Of a DNA stretch of 56,191 bases, positions 1 to 10,025 are shown in pieces. The stretch comes from Pelagibacteraceae bacterium. GTDB taxonomy: Bacteria > Pseudomonadota > Alphaproteobacteria > HIMB59 > GCA-002718135. A program made the position numbers and the translations under genes. Positions within the stretch are counted from its first letter, which is position 1. Each line of letters starts with the position of its first letter. The notes under the pieces were generated by a model. It saw nothing but the letters and a program-made list of their open reading frames with translations. It was not told where the DNA came from and ran no database searches. The stretch is from contig JAGFWP010000028.1 in the NCBI GenBank assembly GCA_017639935.1, forward strand, positions 1 through 56,191, in the 5' to 3' direction.

Positions 1-22
1 GCTTCGGCGGTCCTTTTTTTTT
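1..22 (+). terminator. Partial intrinsic terminator/attenuator hairpin (5' arm cut by window edge)
   Basis: GC-TTCG-GC tetraloop, then GGTCC and a run of T; lies just upstream of the permease, probably after an upstream substrate-binding protein gene. Confidence 0.55.
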
Positions 23-40
23 CAATTTTAATTAAAAAAA

Positions 41-1639
41 ATGGATCCCTCAACTACACAGCAACCACAAAGACAAGAATCGGATCGGCAGGCGAAAAAA
101 AAATGGTATAGCCCTATTCTAGCACGTCCAGAAATTGGACCAATAGGTGTCATGTTAATTCTTTTTGGATTGCTTGGGTACTTCTCTATTCCTGAAGGTC
201 AATTTTCTTTAAACCCTTTTTCCGGAGAGGGTTTTAATGCCCTTGGAATTAGAAATAATTTTAGGGTTATTTCTCAATTAGGAATTCTTGCACTTGGTGC
301 AGGGTTATTGATTATTGCTGGTGAGTTTGATCTTTCAATAGGTTCTATGGTTGGTTTTGCTGGGTGTGTTATGGCTATTACTTTGAAGTGGGGTTTTGCA
401 ATTGTTATTCCTTACATATCTTTTTCTGGCGGATTACATATTGAGACTTTAAAAATATTTCAAATAACAGACGTTTCACCTCTCACAGCTATATTTATAA
501 CATTGTGTTTTACATTGTCTTTTGGTTGGTTTCAGGGATGGTTAATTGTAAAAACAGGTATAGCGTCTTTTATTGTAACCCTAGGTGGATTATTTTTTTT
601 AAGAGGTCTCACTATGGTTTCCTTCCGTGCTTTTAATAAAGCTTTTTCTCAAACAGCTGGGTCAACAACTGTTACAGATTTACCTGATATAAAAAATATT
701 ATCAAAGTGCCAGGACATGGCGAGATGGAAAGAGAGGCAGCAAAAGCACTTCCTAACGAACAATTATTAGAAATTTTAAGCACTGTCCCCGCACAAACAA
801 TAGCTAAAATTACAGAAAAATTAACCTATGTTAATGAAAAAGTAGCGCTTTATAAAACCTTATCTAACAAATCAAAAATGATTCAAAGTTTAGAAAAATC
901 ACTTGAAGGTGCTAAAAAATCAAACAATGAATCTATGATAGAAATTTTAACAAAAAAAATTGAAGCAGGTATTAACGTTCCTGATGTTGCTGTAAAAGTT
1001 GTCACAGATATAGATATAACTAAAGCCTATATTGATACAATTACTACAGCGCGTCCCGTGGCTAATTTCTTTGGTGGCGATATAATGGAACCAGTATTTG
1101 ATTGGCTTTATTATACAGCTGATTGGAATGTAAACACGTATGGCAGACAGTTTGCTGAAGGCATGTATTCATGTTTAATGATTTGGTTTTTATTAGCGCT
1201 TGTTTGTTATTTTGTTTTAAGTCGCACACAAGCAGGAAACTGGATATATTCAACAGGTGGTAATTTAAGCGCAGCAAAGGCAAACGGCGTACCCACAAAT
1301 AAAGTAAAAATTTCATTATTTATGTTTACAGCTTTTTGTGCCACCATGTTTGCAGCGTGCCAGGTATTTGAAGTAAATACTTCTGATGCTGCGAAAGGAA
1401 ATCTAAAAGAACTCGAATCAATTGCTGCCGCTGTAATTGGAGGAGTGGTATTAACAGGTGGATTTGGAAATGTAGCTGGCATTATATTGGGAGCTATAAT
1501 CTTTGGAATTGCCAAGGAAGCCTTCTTCTATATCCCAGGTATTGACGGATCGTTCTACAGAGTTTTCTTGGGTGCTGTATTAGTATCAGCAGCCTTAACT
1601 AATGAAAATATTCGGAAAAGAATTATAGGTAGTGCATGA
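41..1639 (+). CDS. Sugar/inositol ABC transporter permease (RbsC/BPD_transp_2 family) with a large internal insertion
   Basis: GEFDLSIGS, SFIVTLG, GGNLSAAKANGVPT (EAA-like loop) and ELESIAAAVIGG motifs; followed by an ATPase. Confidence 0.9.
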   Translation: MDPSTTQQPQRQESDRQAKKKWYSPILARPEIGPIGVMLILFGLLGYFSIPEGQFSLNPFSGEGFNALGIRNNFRVISQLGILALGAGLLIIAGEFDLSIGSMVGFAGCVMAITLKWGFAIVIPYISFSGGLHIETLKIFQITDVSPLTAIFITLCFTLSFGWFQGWLIVKTGIASFIVTLGGLFFLRGLTMVSFRAFNKAFSQTAGSTTVTDLPDIKNIIKVPGHGEMEREAAKALPNEQLLEILSTVPAQTIAKITEKLTYVNEKVALYKTLSNKSKMIQSLEKSLEGAKKSNNESMIEILTKKIEAGINVPDVAVKVVTDIDITKAYIDTITTARPVANFFGGDIMEPVFDWLYYTADWNVNTYGRQFAEGMYSCLMIWFLLALVCYFVLSRTQAGNWIYSTGGNLSAAKANGVPTNKVKISLFMFTAFCATMFAACQVFEVNTSDAAKGNLKELESIAAAVIGGVVLTGGFGNVAGIILGAIIFGIAKEAFFYIPGIDGSFYRVFLGAVLVSAALTNENIRKRIIGSA

Positions 1640-2427
1640 CGATTGATAGTTCAAAAAAACCTCTTATTGAAATTACAGATCTTGTAAAAAAGTTTGGTAA
1701 TTTTACTGCTTTAAACGGGGTTTCGCTTGATGTGTATCCAGGAGAAGTACATGCATTACTAGGTGATAATGGTGCTGGAAAATCCACACTAATAAAAATT
1801 CTTTCTGGCGTTCATCCTGCAACAAGTGGAAAAATTTATGTTGATAGTCAAGAAGTTAAATTTACTACTCCTCGTCAAGCATCTGATTTAGGTATTGGTA
1901 CGGTTTATCAAGATCTAGCATTAAATGCATTAACATCGGTTACAAGAAATTTTTTTCTTGGAAGGGAGCTTAAAAAAGGTCCTGGGCCTTTTGGAATTAT
2001 GCAAAAGAAAGAGATGAATGAAATTACTGTTATAGAAATGGCTAAGATAGGAATTGATATTTCAGATCCTGAACAACCGGTAGGAACAATGTCAGGTGGT
2101 CAACGACAAACATTAGCGATTGCAAGAGCTATATACTTTGGTGCTAAAATACTAATTCTTGATGAGCCAACTTCAGCATTAGGTCAAAAACAACAAATGG
2201 AAGTGTTAAAAACCATTAAAGATGTTCAAAAACTTGGACATATTGCAATTATTTTAATAACTCATAATGAAATCCATGCTCGTCTAATTTCGGATCGTTA
2301 TACTTTTTTAAGTCTTGGTGAGGTTATTGGAAGAGGGATGGCAGAAGAGCTTGGAGGAGATGATATTAAAAGGCTGATGGCCGGAGGAGCTGAAATTGGA
2401 GATCTTAGAAAAGAGTTAACAAATTAA
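1636..2427 (+). CDS. Sugar ABC transporter ATP-binding protein (single domain)
   Basis: Walker A GDNGAGKS, signature MSGGQ, Walker B ILILDEPT; ATGA overlap with the permease. Confidence 0.93.
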   Translation: MTIDSSKKPLIEITDLVKKFGNFTALNGVSLDVYPGEVHALLGDNGAGKSTLIKILSGVHPATSGKIYVDSQEVKFTTPRQASDLGIGTVYQDLALNALTSVTRNFFLGRELKKGPGPFGIMQKKEMNEITVIEMAKIGIDISDPEQPVGTMSGGQRQTLAIARAIYFGAKILILDEPTSALGQKQQMEVLKTIKDVQKLGHIAIILITHNEIHARLISDRYTFLSLGEVIGRGMAEELGGDDIKRLMAGGAEIGDLRKELTN

Positions 2428-2562
2428 TAAATTCATACTTTGCTTATTTTTTGGTTTTCTAATTTTTATCTATTAAAATTATATATTTCTTATTTATTCT
2501 ATAAATGAATTTATTGATGAAGATAAAAAAGTCTTTATAATTAAAAGTTGAAATTATAAACA

Positions 2563-3414
2563 ATGCTTGTTTTTGATAAGAATAATTTAGATAAACAAAA
2601 AGCACTTACTGAATTAATTGAAGGTGGGGGCGTTATAGCGATTAAAGATGTTTATTCACAAAATCAAATTAAGGAAGCAAGAGAAATTGTTAATCAACAT
2701 GCTGACACTCAAGAACAAAAAGAAACACATTTTAATGCAGAGGCAGATGATTGTGGAAAAATAAATTTACAACAAAGAGTCTGGAATCTTTTTGGTAAAG
2801 GGGAAGTATTTTCAGACATAATTACTGAGGATATAATATTTAATTTGATGTCTACATTTCTAGGCACTGAATTTATATGTGGTTCTTACTGTGCAAGTAG
2901 ACTTTTACCAGGAGCTCTCGGCCAAGAGTTGCATTTAGATTATCCCTATTGGGATTTTTATAAAGAAGAAACTTTTCCTATGGGATTAAACTCTACTTTC
3001 CCTCAAAATTGCCAGGGCGCTATACCCCTAGATGATTGTTCTGAACTTTCAGGAGCAACAGCTTATTGCCCTGGTTCTCAAAAAAAATTACATTACCCAA
3101 CCAAAGAAGACGATAAATCAAACATAAAACAAATGTTAGGAAAACCAGGTGATTTAGTTTTTTTTAATGGCAATACATGGCATGGAGCTATGCCTAATAA
3201 GTCATCTCATCAGAGAGCTGTTTTATTAATTGAATTTTTACCTAAATATGTCAAACCTGTGGAAGAACTTTTATCTTATCTTGATGAAGAATTTTTAAAA
3301 AATTGTTCTGAAAGAGTTAGACAATTATTGGGATTAAATTATCATTATCCTAAAAAAATGGATTCTAGTAAAATGACCAATGACATTGGCTTAGGATACA
3401 AAGCTAAAAATTGA
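2563..3414 (+). CDS. Phytanoyl-CoA dioxygenase (PhyH) family Fe(II)/2-oxoglutarate dioxygenase
   Basis: QELHLD (HxD), GATAYCPGSQ, and GDLVFFNGNTWHGAMPN..R supplying the facial triad and the 2OG-binding Arg. Confidence 0.85.
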   Translation: MLVFDKNNLDKQKALTELIEGGGVIAIKDVYSQNQIKEAREIVNQHADTQEQKETHFNAEADDCGKINLQQRVWNLFGKGEVFSDIITEDIIFNLMSTFLGTEFICGSYCASRLLPGALGQELHLDYPYWDFYKEETFPMGLNSTFPQNCQGAIPLDDCSELSGATAYCPGSQKKLHYPTKEDDKSNIKQMLGKPGDLVFFNGNTWHGAMPNKSSHQRAVLLIEFLPKYVKPVEELLSYLDEEFLKNCSERVRQLLGLNYHYPKKMDSSKMTNDIGLGYKAKN

Positions 3415-3447
3415 ATTTTATTTTTTATTCACTATAGTTAGCATTTT

Positions 3448-4443
3448 ATGGATATAAATTTAAATAAATGGTATCGATGCACTGTTGATAAAAATGAATT
3501 CAGTAAACTCTGTCATAAATCTAACTGGTCTGGATTCAAACATACAACCATTTTTTTTGGAAGTTTATTTTTTTTCGGCTATTTAGCTTTTATTACCTGG
3601 GGCACTTGGTGGAGTGTTCTATTTTTTTTAATTTATGGAAACATTTACGCATGTAGCGACTCTATGTGGCATGAGACAAGTCATAGAACAGCCTTTAAAT
3701 CAAAGTTCTGGAATGATTTTTTCTATCAAATTTCGAGTTATATGAATAATTTCGAACCTGTTCGATGGCGTTATTCACACTTTAAACATCATAGTTTTAC
3801 AGCCTTTAATGATCCTTTTGATTTTGAAATTGTTATACGAAAACCTATTGATTTGTTCTATTTTTTTTCTTTTTTTATTCCTTTTTTTCAGAATATTTTT
3901 TTTATTCACAAATCACTTCAAGTCGAAACTTTAAAGCATGCCCTGGGTTTTACGACAGATGTTATGGCTCAATGTATTCCTGAAGAGAAACGTTCCAAAT
4001 GTCGTAACTCTGCGCGTATACATGTTGCTATTTGGATTGGAGCAATTATTCTTTCCATAATCTTCAAATCATGGTTTCCAGTTTTATACATTGTACTACC
4101 TGGAATTTATGGCGCGACCTTAAACAAATTATTTGGTCTTACTCAACATACAGGCTTAGAGGTTAATATTAAGGATCACCGATATAGTTCGAGAACAGTT
4201 TATATTAATCCCATATTTAGTTTTCTTTATTGGCATATGGAATATCATATTGAGCATCATATGTTTCCAACAGTTCCATCATATAATTTAAAAAAATTAC
4301 ATAATCTAATTAAGGAACAACTACCTCCGCCAAAAAAAGGTTTGTGGGATGCCTATAAAGAAATCATATTGACTCTCATAAAACAAGCAAAAAATCCTAA
4401 CTACAAAATTAAAATAAATGTACCCAATCCTCAGTTAAAATAA
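3448..4443 (+). CDS. Membrane fatty-acid-desaturase-family oxygenase, MocD-like
   Basis: Three His boxes HETSH, HFKHH and HIEHH plus TQHTGL; HRTAF and WHMEYHIEHHMFP match the MocD subgroup. Confidence 0.8.
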   Translation: MDINLNKWYRCTVDKNEFSKLCHKSNWSGFKHTTIFFGSLFFFGYLAFITWGTWWSVLFFLIYGNIYACSDSMWHETSHRTAFKSKFWNDFFYQISSYMNNFEPVRWRYSHFKHHSFTAFNDPFDFEIVIRKPIDLFYFFSFFIPFFQNIFFIHKSLQVETLKHALGFTTDVMAQCIPEEKRSKCRNSARIHVAIWIGAIILSIIFKSWFPVLYIVLPGIYGATLNKLFGLTQHTGLEVNIKDHRYSSRTVYINPIFSFLYWHMEYHIEHHMFPTVPSYNLKKLHNLIKEQLPPPKKGLWDAYKEIILTLIKQAKNPNYKIKINVPNPQLK

Positions 4444-4444
4444 A

Positions 4445-5593
4445 ATGTCAAAAATTGGTTTAATAGGGTGCGGCCATATCTCTGAAACCTATTTTAGGAG
4501 CCAGAATTACTTTAATAACATTAATATTGTAGCTTGTGCTGATATTAACATTGAAGCTGCAAATAAATGCGCTCAAGAATATAATATTGAAGCTAAAAGT
4601 GTTGATGAACTTTTGGCAGATGGGGAGATAGATGTTGTTTTGAATTTGACAAATCCTACGTCACATTACGAAACAATTAAAAAAACACTACTTTCGAATA
4701 AACATTCTTATTGTGAGAAACCACTCTCAATATCATTTGAGCAAGGAAAAGAATTATTTGATGTTGCAAATGAAAAAAATCTTTATTTAGGAAATGCGCC
4801 AGATACTTTTTTAGGTGGAGGTGGCCAATTGACTAAACAAATTATAGATAGTGGCGAAGTTGGAGAAATTAAATTAGGAAATTTTATCTTTGCATTTCCT
4901 GGCGTCCAATCATGGCATCCAAATCCAGAACCATGGTTTCAAGAAGGCGGTGGACCTGTCTTGGATATGGGTCCATATTTTTTTACGATGTTGGTGAATC
5001 TTTTAGGCTCTGCAAAAAGTGTTAGAGCACAAGCAACAACTGTTAGTGAATATAGAGAAATCGGCGAAGGGCCAAAAAAAGGCAATAAATTTAAAGTAGA
5101 GATACCAACCTCTTATATGGTGGTTATAGAGTTTAACAATAAAACTAAAATACAGGGATTTATTTCTTTTGATGTCATTAATCACCAGAGAAATCATATG
5201 GAATTTTATGGCACAAAGGGCTCAATCATTGGACCTGATCCTAATATGTTCGGGGGGCCTATTTTAGTATCTCTTAGAGAGGGCGGTGAATGGAAAGAAC
5301 ATTCTACAGAAAATATGAAATTAGGAAAAACAAATATATTTAATCAAAGCGGAAGATCAAACGAAGCACCTACAAATGCAAATTACAGGGGTGTTGGCTT
5401 ATCAGAGATGATCTATAGCATTGAAAATAATAAAAAACATAGGTGTAATGGAGAGTTAGCATTGCATGTGTTGGATATAATAGATTCAACAATTCTAGCA
5501 GCAAAAACTTCAAAACAAACAAAGATGAGAACAAGTTGTGAAAAACCAAGATATTTTTCTGAAGAAGAAATTTCATCATTGATAAAATCTTAA
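4445..5593 (+). CDS. Gfo/Idh/MocA family NAD(P)-dependent oxidoreductase
   Basis: GLIGCGHIS Rossmann motif, CEKP, GGGPVLDMGPY. Confidence 0.9.
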   Translation: MSKIGLIGCGHISETYFRSQNYFNNINIVACADINIEAANKCAQEYNIEAKSVDELLADGEIDVVLNLTNPTSHYETIKKTLLSNKHSYCEKPLSISFEQGKELFDVANEKNLYLGNAPDTFLGGGGQLTKQIIDSGEVGEIKLGNFIFAFPGVQSWHPNPEPWFQEGGGPVLDMGPYFFTMLVNLLGSAKSVRAQATTVSEYREIGEGPKKGNKFKVEIPTSYMVVIEFNNKTKIQGFISFDVINHQRNHMEFYGTKGSIIGPDPNMFGGPILVSLREGGEWKEHSTENMKLGKTNIFNQSGRSNEAPTNANYRGVGLSEMIYSIENNKKHRCNGELALHVLDIIDSTILAAKTSKQTKMRTSCEKPRYFSEEEISSLIKS

Positions 5594-5704
5594 ATAACAT
5601 CTCCAAAGAACGTACTGATATTATTTTTTTGAAGAGAAAAATAATTGAAGTTTCTAATTATTTATTTTCTCTAAATCATTTAAAGAATGATATATAACCA
5701 ATAA

Positions 5705-6586
5705 ATGAAAGTCGTATTGTTTGGAATTTTATTAATTTGTTTGAATACTATTAGCGGCTCTTCTTTTGATGCTATCACAAAATTTTTAAGTTCTAGTAAT
5801 TATAAATGGTATCATTATTATTCTATTGGAAATATTTTTTCCCTAATTGTTTTTTTATTTTATTTAAATTTTGTTGGTGGAATTAAAAAACATATAATTT
5901 TGAAAAATAAAAGAAATTATTTTATACCTCTTGCTCGGGGTATTACTTTTATACCTATACCACTCTTTGTTTTTTTTTCACTTAAAGAAATTCCAATAAG
6001 TATTTTTACAACAGTTTTAATGACAACTCCTTTTTATATTTTTATTTTTTCAAGAATTATACAAAATGAAAAAATCATTACTAAAGACTGGATAACATTA
6101 TTTATTGGGTTTACAGGAGTGATTCTAGTACTTAAACCTTTTTTAACAGTATTTAATTTTTTTTTATTATTAGTTGTTATTGTTGCAGTTTATAACGCAT
6201 TAACAAATATTATAGTTAGTAAATATTCAAAAAAAGCAAGCGCTTATGGATTTACATTTTATAATATTTTACCATTGACAATTTTTTCAGCTTTTTTTTT
6301 GATTGTTGATCCAATAATTCCCTCACGCAATGAATTAATTTTAATTTTTTCCGCAGGCTTATTTATGTTTTTAGCAATTTTGTTTTGGACAGTGGCATTT
6401 CATATAGCTGGCAAATATAGTAGAATTATTAGCCCCTTTTTGTTTACTCAAATTTTGTGGGCAAGCTTATTTGGCAATATTTTTTTTTCTGAAAGTCTAG
6501 ATACCTTATCTATTTTTGGTATTTCATTAATTATTTTGTCTGGAACTATCCTTTTATACAAAACATACACAAAATATATAAGTTAG
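5705..6586 (+). CDS. DMT/EamA family transporter
   Basis: About 10 hydrophobic helices, IGFTGVILVLKP, SPFLFTQILWA. Confidence 0.8.
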   Translation: MKVVLFGILLICLNTISGSSFDAITKFLSSSNYKWYHYYSIGNIFSLIVFLFYLNFVGGIKKHIILKNKRNYFIPLARGITFIPIPLFVFFSLKEIPISIFTTVLMTTPFYIFIFSRIIQNEKIITKDWITLFIGFTGVILVLKPFLTVFNFFLLLVVIVAVYNALTNIIVSKYSKKASAYGFTFYNILPLTIFSAFFLIVDPIIPSRNELILIFSAGLFMFLAILFWTVAFHIAGKYSRIISPFLFTQILWASLFGNIFFSESLDTLSIFGISLIILSGTILLYKTYTKYIS

Positions 6587-6615
6587 CCAGGTTGGCCTAG
6601 AAAGTTGGTACTGAA

Positions 6616-7041
6616 TTACCAAGTCCCACTATTTTCCATTGATTGCCAGGGTTCTTTAATAGGCAATGCTCCACCTTCTTGAAGTATTTCAATGGAGATA
6701 CCATCAGGTGATTTGATGAACGCCATATGACCATCACGGGGAGGACGGTTGATGATAACGCCGTTTTCCATTAATTTATCACATGTTTCATAAATATTTT
6801 TAACGCTATAAGCCAGATGACCAAAGTTACGTCCTTCAGTATACTCTTCTGGGTTCCAATTATAAGTGAGCTCCAGAAGGGCATGCCGATCATCACTATT
6901 TTCAGCACCAAGAAAAATTAGAGTAAATCTACCTTTTTCATTTTCTATTCTTTTTATCTCCTTAAGTCCAAGTTTATCACAATAAAAATTCAGTGAATCC
7001 TCAATGTTTTGGACTCGGACCATTGTATGCAGATATTTCAT
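6616..7041 (-). CDS. gloA: Lactoylglutathione lyase (glyoxalase I)
   Basis: YLHTMVRV, LELTYNW, GRNFGHLAY, SPDGISIE. Confidence 0.9.
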   Translation of the reverse strand: MKYLHTMVRVQNIEDSLNFYCDKLGLKEIKRIENEKGRFTLIFLGAENSDDRHALLELTYNWNPEEYTEGRNFGHLAYSVKNIYETCDKLMENGVIINRPPRDGHMAFIKSPDGISIEILQEGGALPIKEPWQSMENSGTW

Positions 7042-7140
7042 TAGCTATAATGTTCTTTACTGTTAATTAAAGATTAATGTTATAAAATTATTTAGTATAA
7101 AAACCTAGATATAATTTTAAATTTTCATTATTAGATCCAT

Positions 7141-7929
7141 ATGTTTAAGAACTCTATTTTAGATATTTGGAAAAGTGGTAAAGCAGCTATCAATGGTTGG
7201 CTATCCATTCCTAATAGTTTTACTGCCGAAAGCATGTCCAAAATGGGATGGGATTCTTTAACTATTGACTTGCAGCACGGCATTAATGATTATTCCACGT
7301 CCATATCCATGCTTCAGGCAATTGCTAATTCCCCCACGATTCCTTTTGCCAGGGTTCCTTGGAATGAGCCTGGAATAATTATGAAAATGCTTGATGCTGG
7401 CACGTGCGGAATTATAGCACCTATGGTTAACAATAAAGAAGAGTGCGAAAGATTTGTTTCTTATTGCTATTATCCCCCCTTGGGTCAAAGAAGTTTCGGC
7501 CCTATCAGAGCTCAGCTGGTTTATGGGTCAGATTATATCCAAAACGCGAATTCTCAAATCATAACGCTAGCAATGATTGAAACTAAAGAGGCTGTCGATA
7601 ATCTTGATGAAATATTATCTGTTGAGAATCTAAATGGCGTTTACATAGGGCCCGCTGATATGAGTTTAGCCTATGGCTTAAAACCTCAATTTGATGTCAA
7701 AGAAGATCCTGTGTTTTCAAATATTAAATTAATAGTCAATAAAGCTAAAGAACACGGTAAAATCGCAGGCATTCATAATGGAACCACTCAATACGCAAAA
7801 GAAATGATGGCCCTTGGTTATCAGTTTATTACCATATCATCAGATTATAGGGCAATGTCATCATTTGCTCAAAACATTGTCAAAGAAATGAAAGAAATAA
7901 AAGAACTGAAAGAGAGCTCCAGTTATTAA
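7141..7929 (+). CDS. HpcH/HpaI family class II pyruvate aldolase
   Basis: IDLQHG, ARVP, LDAG, YPPLGQRS, MIET, YIGPADMS. Confidence 0.88.
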   Translation: MFKNSILDIWKSGKAAINGWLSIPNSFTAESMSKMGWDSLTIDLQHGINDYSTSISMLQAIANSPTIPFARVPWNEPGIIMKMLDAGTCGIIAPMVNNKEECERFVSYCYYPPLGQRSFGPIRAQLVYGSDYIQNANSQIITLAMIETKEAVDNLDEILSVENLNGVYIGPADMSLAYGLKPQFDVKEDPVFSNIKLIVNKAKEHGKIAGIHNGTTQYAKEMMALGYQFITISSDYRAMSSFAQNIVKEMKEIKELKESSSY

Positions 7930-7932
7930 ACA

Positions 7933-8826
7933 TTAAACCTGATAACCAACTTCAGTTAACATTCTATTAAGATATTTATAACCAATTTTAGCGTACTTAA
8001 GTGGATTTGCTTTTTTGGGATCCTGTTCAGCTTCCACTATCAGCCATTTTGAATATTTGTTGTCATGCAGAGTTTCAAATAATGGTTTGTAATTGATGCA
8101 GCCGTCTCCAGGTACAGTAAAAACTCCCTCTAAAAATGAATCCCTGAAACTTGAATCATTTGAAAGCGACCTATTTAATATTTCCTTTCTTATATCCTTA
8201 CAATGCACGTGATTAACTCGGCTAACATATTTTTTTAAAATCGATTCATAATCACCTTCAGCAAAAAGAATATGACCAGTATCAAAAAGTAGTGATGTTT
8301 TATCATCAGTATTATCAAGTAATCGATAAACATCTTGCTCTGATTGAATTATGGTCCCCATATGCTCGTGGTATGACATTGGCAATCCGATATCGGATAA
8401 TCTTTTTGAAATCTCAGAAATTTTATTACAATAATCATCCCACTCATTGTCTTTTAATATCGGCCTCTTGCTAAGTGGAATTATTGGCTCCCCCTGAATG
8501 GACCCGGAGACATCGGCGAATATAAAAACGGAAGAATTAATCAATTTATGTAATTCTATCTGATTTTGCATAGCTTGCCATTCTTCCTCGACACTTCTTT
8601 CATTTAAATGAGCCCCGTACCAACCACCCGGCATCTCAAGATTAAATTTATTCAATAGATATTTTATTGTGCCTGGATTTCTTGGAAATTTGCCCCCCAG
8701 TTCAATGCCCCTAAATCCTGCGGATCGTGCTTCAAATAAACAAGTTTCTATGGGGGTGTCTCCGCCAAGATCAGGCATGTCGTCATTGCTCCATGCTATG
8801 GGGGCTATTCCAAGATTGATTTTCAT
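7933..8826 (-). CDS. iolE: myo-Inosose-2 dehydratase
   Basis: GIAPIAWSNDDMP, YHEHMGT, DTGH, HVHCKD, FTVPGDG, VEAEQDP. Confidence 0.93.
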   Translation of the reverse strand: MKINLGIAPIAWSNDDMPDLGGDTPIETCLFEARSAGFRGIELGGKFPRNPGTIKYLLNKFNLEMPGGWYGAHLNERSVEEEWQAMQNQIELHKLINSSVFIFADVSGSIQGEPIIPLSKRPILKDNEWDDYCNKISEISKRLSDIGLPMSYHEHMGTIIQSEQDVYRLLDNTDDKTSLLFDTGHILFAEGDYESILKKYVSRVNHVHCKDIRKEILNRSLSNDSSFRDSFLEGVFTVPGDGCINYKPLFETLHDNKYSKWLIVEAEQDPKKANPLKYAKIGYKYLNRMLTEVGYQV

Positions 8827-8904
8827 AACTATTAGAATTTATCTACTAAACTTCAATATATAACAAAGAAAAAATATTATAAACAGATATTTGCTTTTTA
8901 TCAA

Positions 8905-9963
8905 ATGAGAATCAAAAAAGAAAAAATTGCGGATATAGAGAATCATCAAGTATACAAAATAACATTCACTAATAAAAATAATTATGTAATTAGTTTTTAT
9001 AATTTTGGCGGTTATATAAACAACATACTTATTCCTTATAATCATAATTTATATGAGCATGAAGATGTGTTGCTTGGCTATAGAAATTTTGAGGAATATA
9101 TAACAGATCGAAGTTATCTAAATTGTATTGTAGGCAGAGTTTGCGGACGCATTGCCAATGCTCAATTCAGTTTGAATGATCACATATATGAATTATCTTC
9201 AAATGATGGTCAGCATCATTTGCATGGCGGTCGATCTGGATTTAACAAAAAAGTATGGCACATAGATTCTTTAGATGAAAACTCGGAAGAAATATCTTGT
9301 GAACTTCATTACAAATCTACTCATTTAGAGGAAGGTTATCCTGGCAATCTTGAGTGTAGAACTAAATATATGCTTAATGATAACAATGAATTTATTATTC
9401 AATTTCACGCTACAACTGATCATGACACTCTTGTTAATTTAACGAACCACAATTACTGGAATTTTCATGGTCACAAAAAATTCTATCAAAAAATTTTGGG
9501 ACACTATCTTGAAATGCACGCCCATTCTTATTGCGAGATTGATAAAAATTTTATACCAACAGGAAGAATAAATGATGCAAATGAAATAAAATATGATTTT
9601 AGCAGTTTCAAAAAAATCGATAATTATGAATTAGAAGATGACGGCATTGACCTTTGTTATCTTGTTGAGAAATATGATGGCACACTAAAAAAGATCGCCT
9701 CACTCTATAGTGACAAAACTAAAATGGGGGTGAAAATTTTAAGCGACCAACCATGTGTCCAATTTTACACGGGGAATATGATGGAGCAATCATATAATGG
9801 AAAATTTAATAAAAATTATGGATATCAGCACGCGTTATGTCTTGAGCCACAATTATTCCCAAATGTTTTCAATCAGGAAAATATTAACAATGCAGTTTTG
9901 CATAATGATCAACAATATTCCTCAACTATAGTAATGAAATTGGGAAATAATTTTGATGAATAA
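8905..9963 (+). CDS. galM: Aldose 1-epimerase (mutarotase)
   Basis: GRVCGRI, HHLHGG, EEGYPG, NLTNHNYWN, QFYTGN, CLEPQ. Confidence 0.9.
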   Translation: MRIKKEKIADIENHQVYKITFTNKNNYVISFYNFGGYINNILIPYNHNLYEHEDVLLGYRNFEEYITDRSYLNCIVGRVCGRIANAQFSLNDHIYELSSNDGQHHLHGGRSGFNKKVWHIDSLDENSEEISCELHYKSTHLEEGYPGNLECRTKYMLNDNNEFIIQFHATTDHDTLVNLTNHNYWNFHGHKKFYQKILGHYLEMHAHSYCEIDKNFIPTGRINDANEIKYDFSSFKKIDNYELEDDGIDLCYLVEKYDGTLKKIASLYSDKTKMGVKILSDQPCVQFYTGNMMEQSYNGKFNKNYGYQHALCLEPQLFPNVFNQENINNAVLHNDQQYSSTIVMKLGNNFDE

Positions 9964-10025
9964 TTCTTATTTTATACTAATAGTCATAAAAAAATTAATT
10001 TAACTGCTTATCAAAAGACCAGTTC

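Noticed and set aside
2514-2560. One-mismatch FNR-like box (TTGAT-GAAG-ATAAA) and a TTTATAATT/AATTATAAA inverted repeat before the PhyH gene
   Set aside because: Almost all A/T in a very AT-rich spacer; chance cannot be excluded.
5633-5672. Imperfect AT-rich inverted repeat after the Gfo/Idh/MocA gene
   Set aside because: Weak stem with a bulge and no U tail; not supportable as a terminator.
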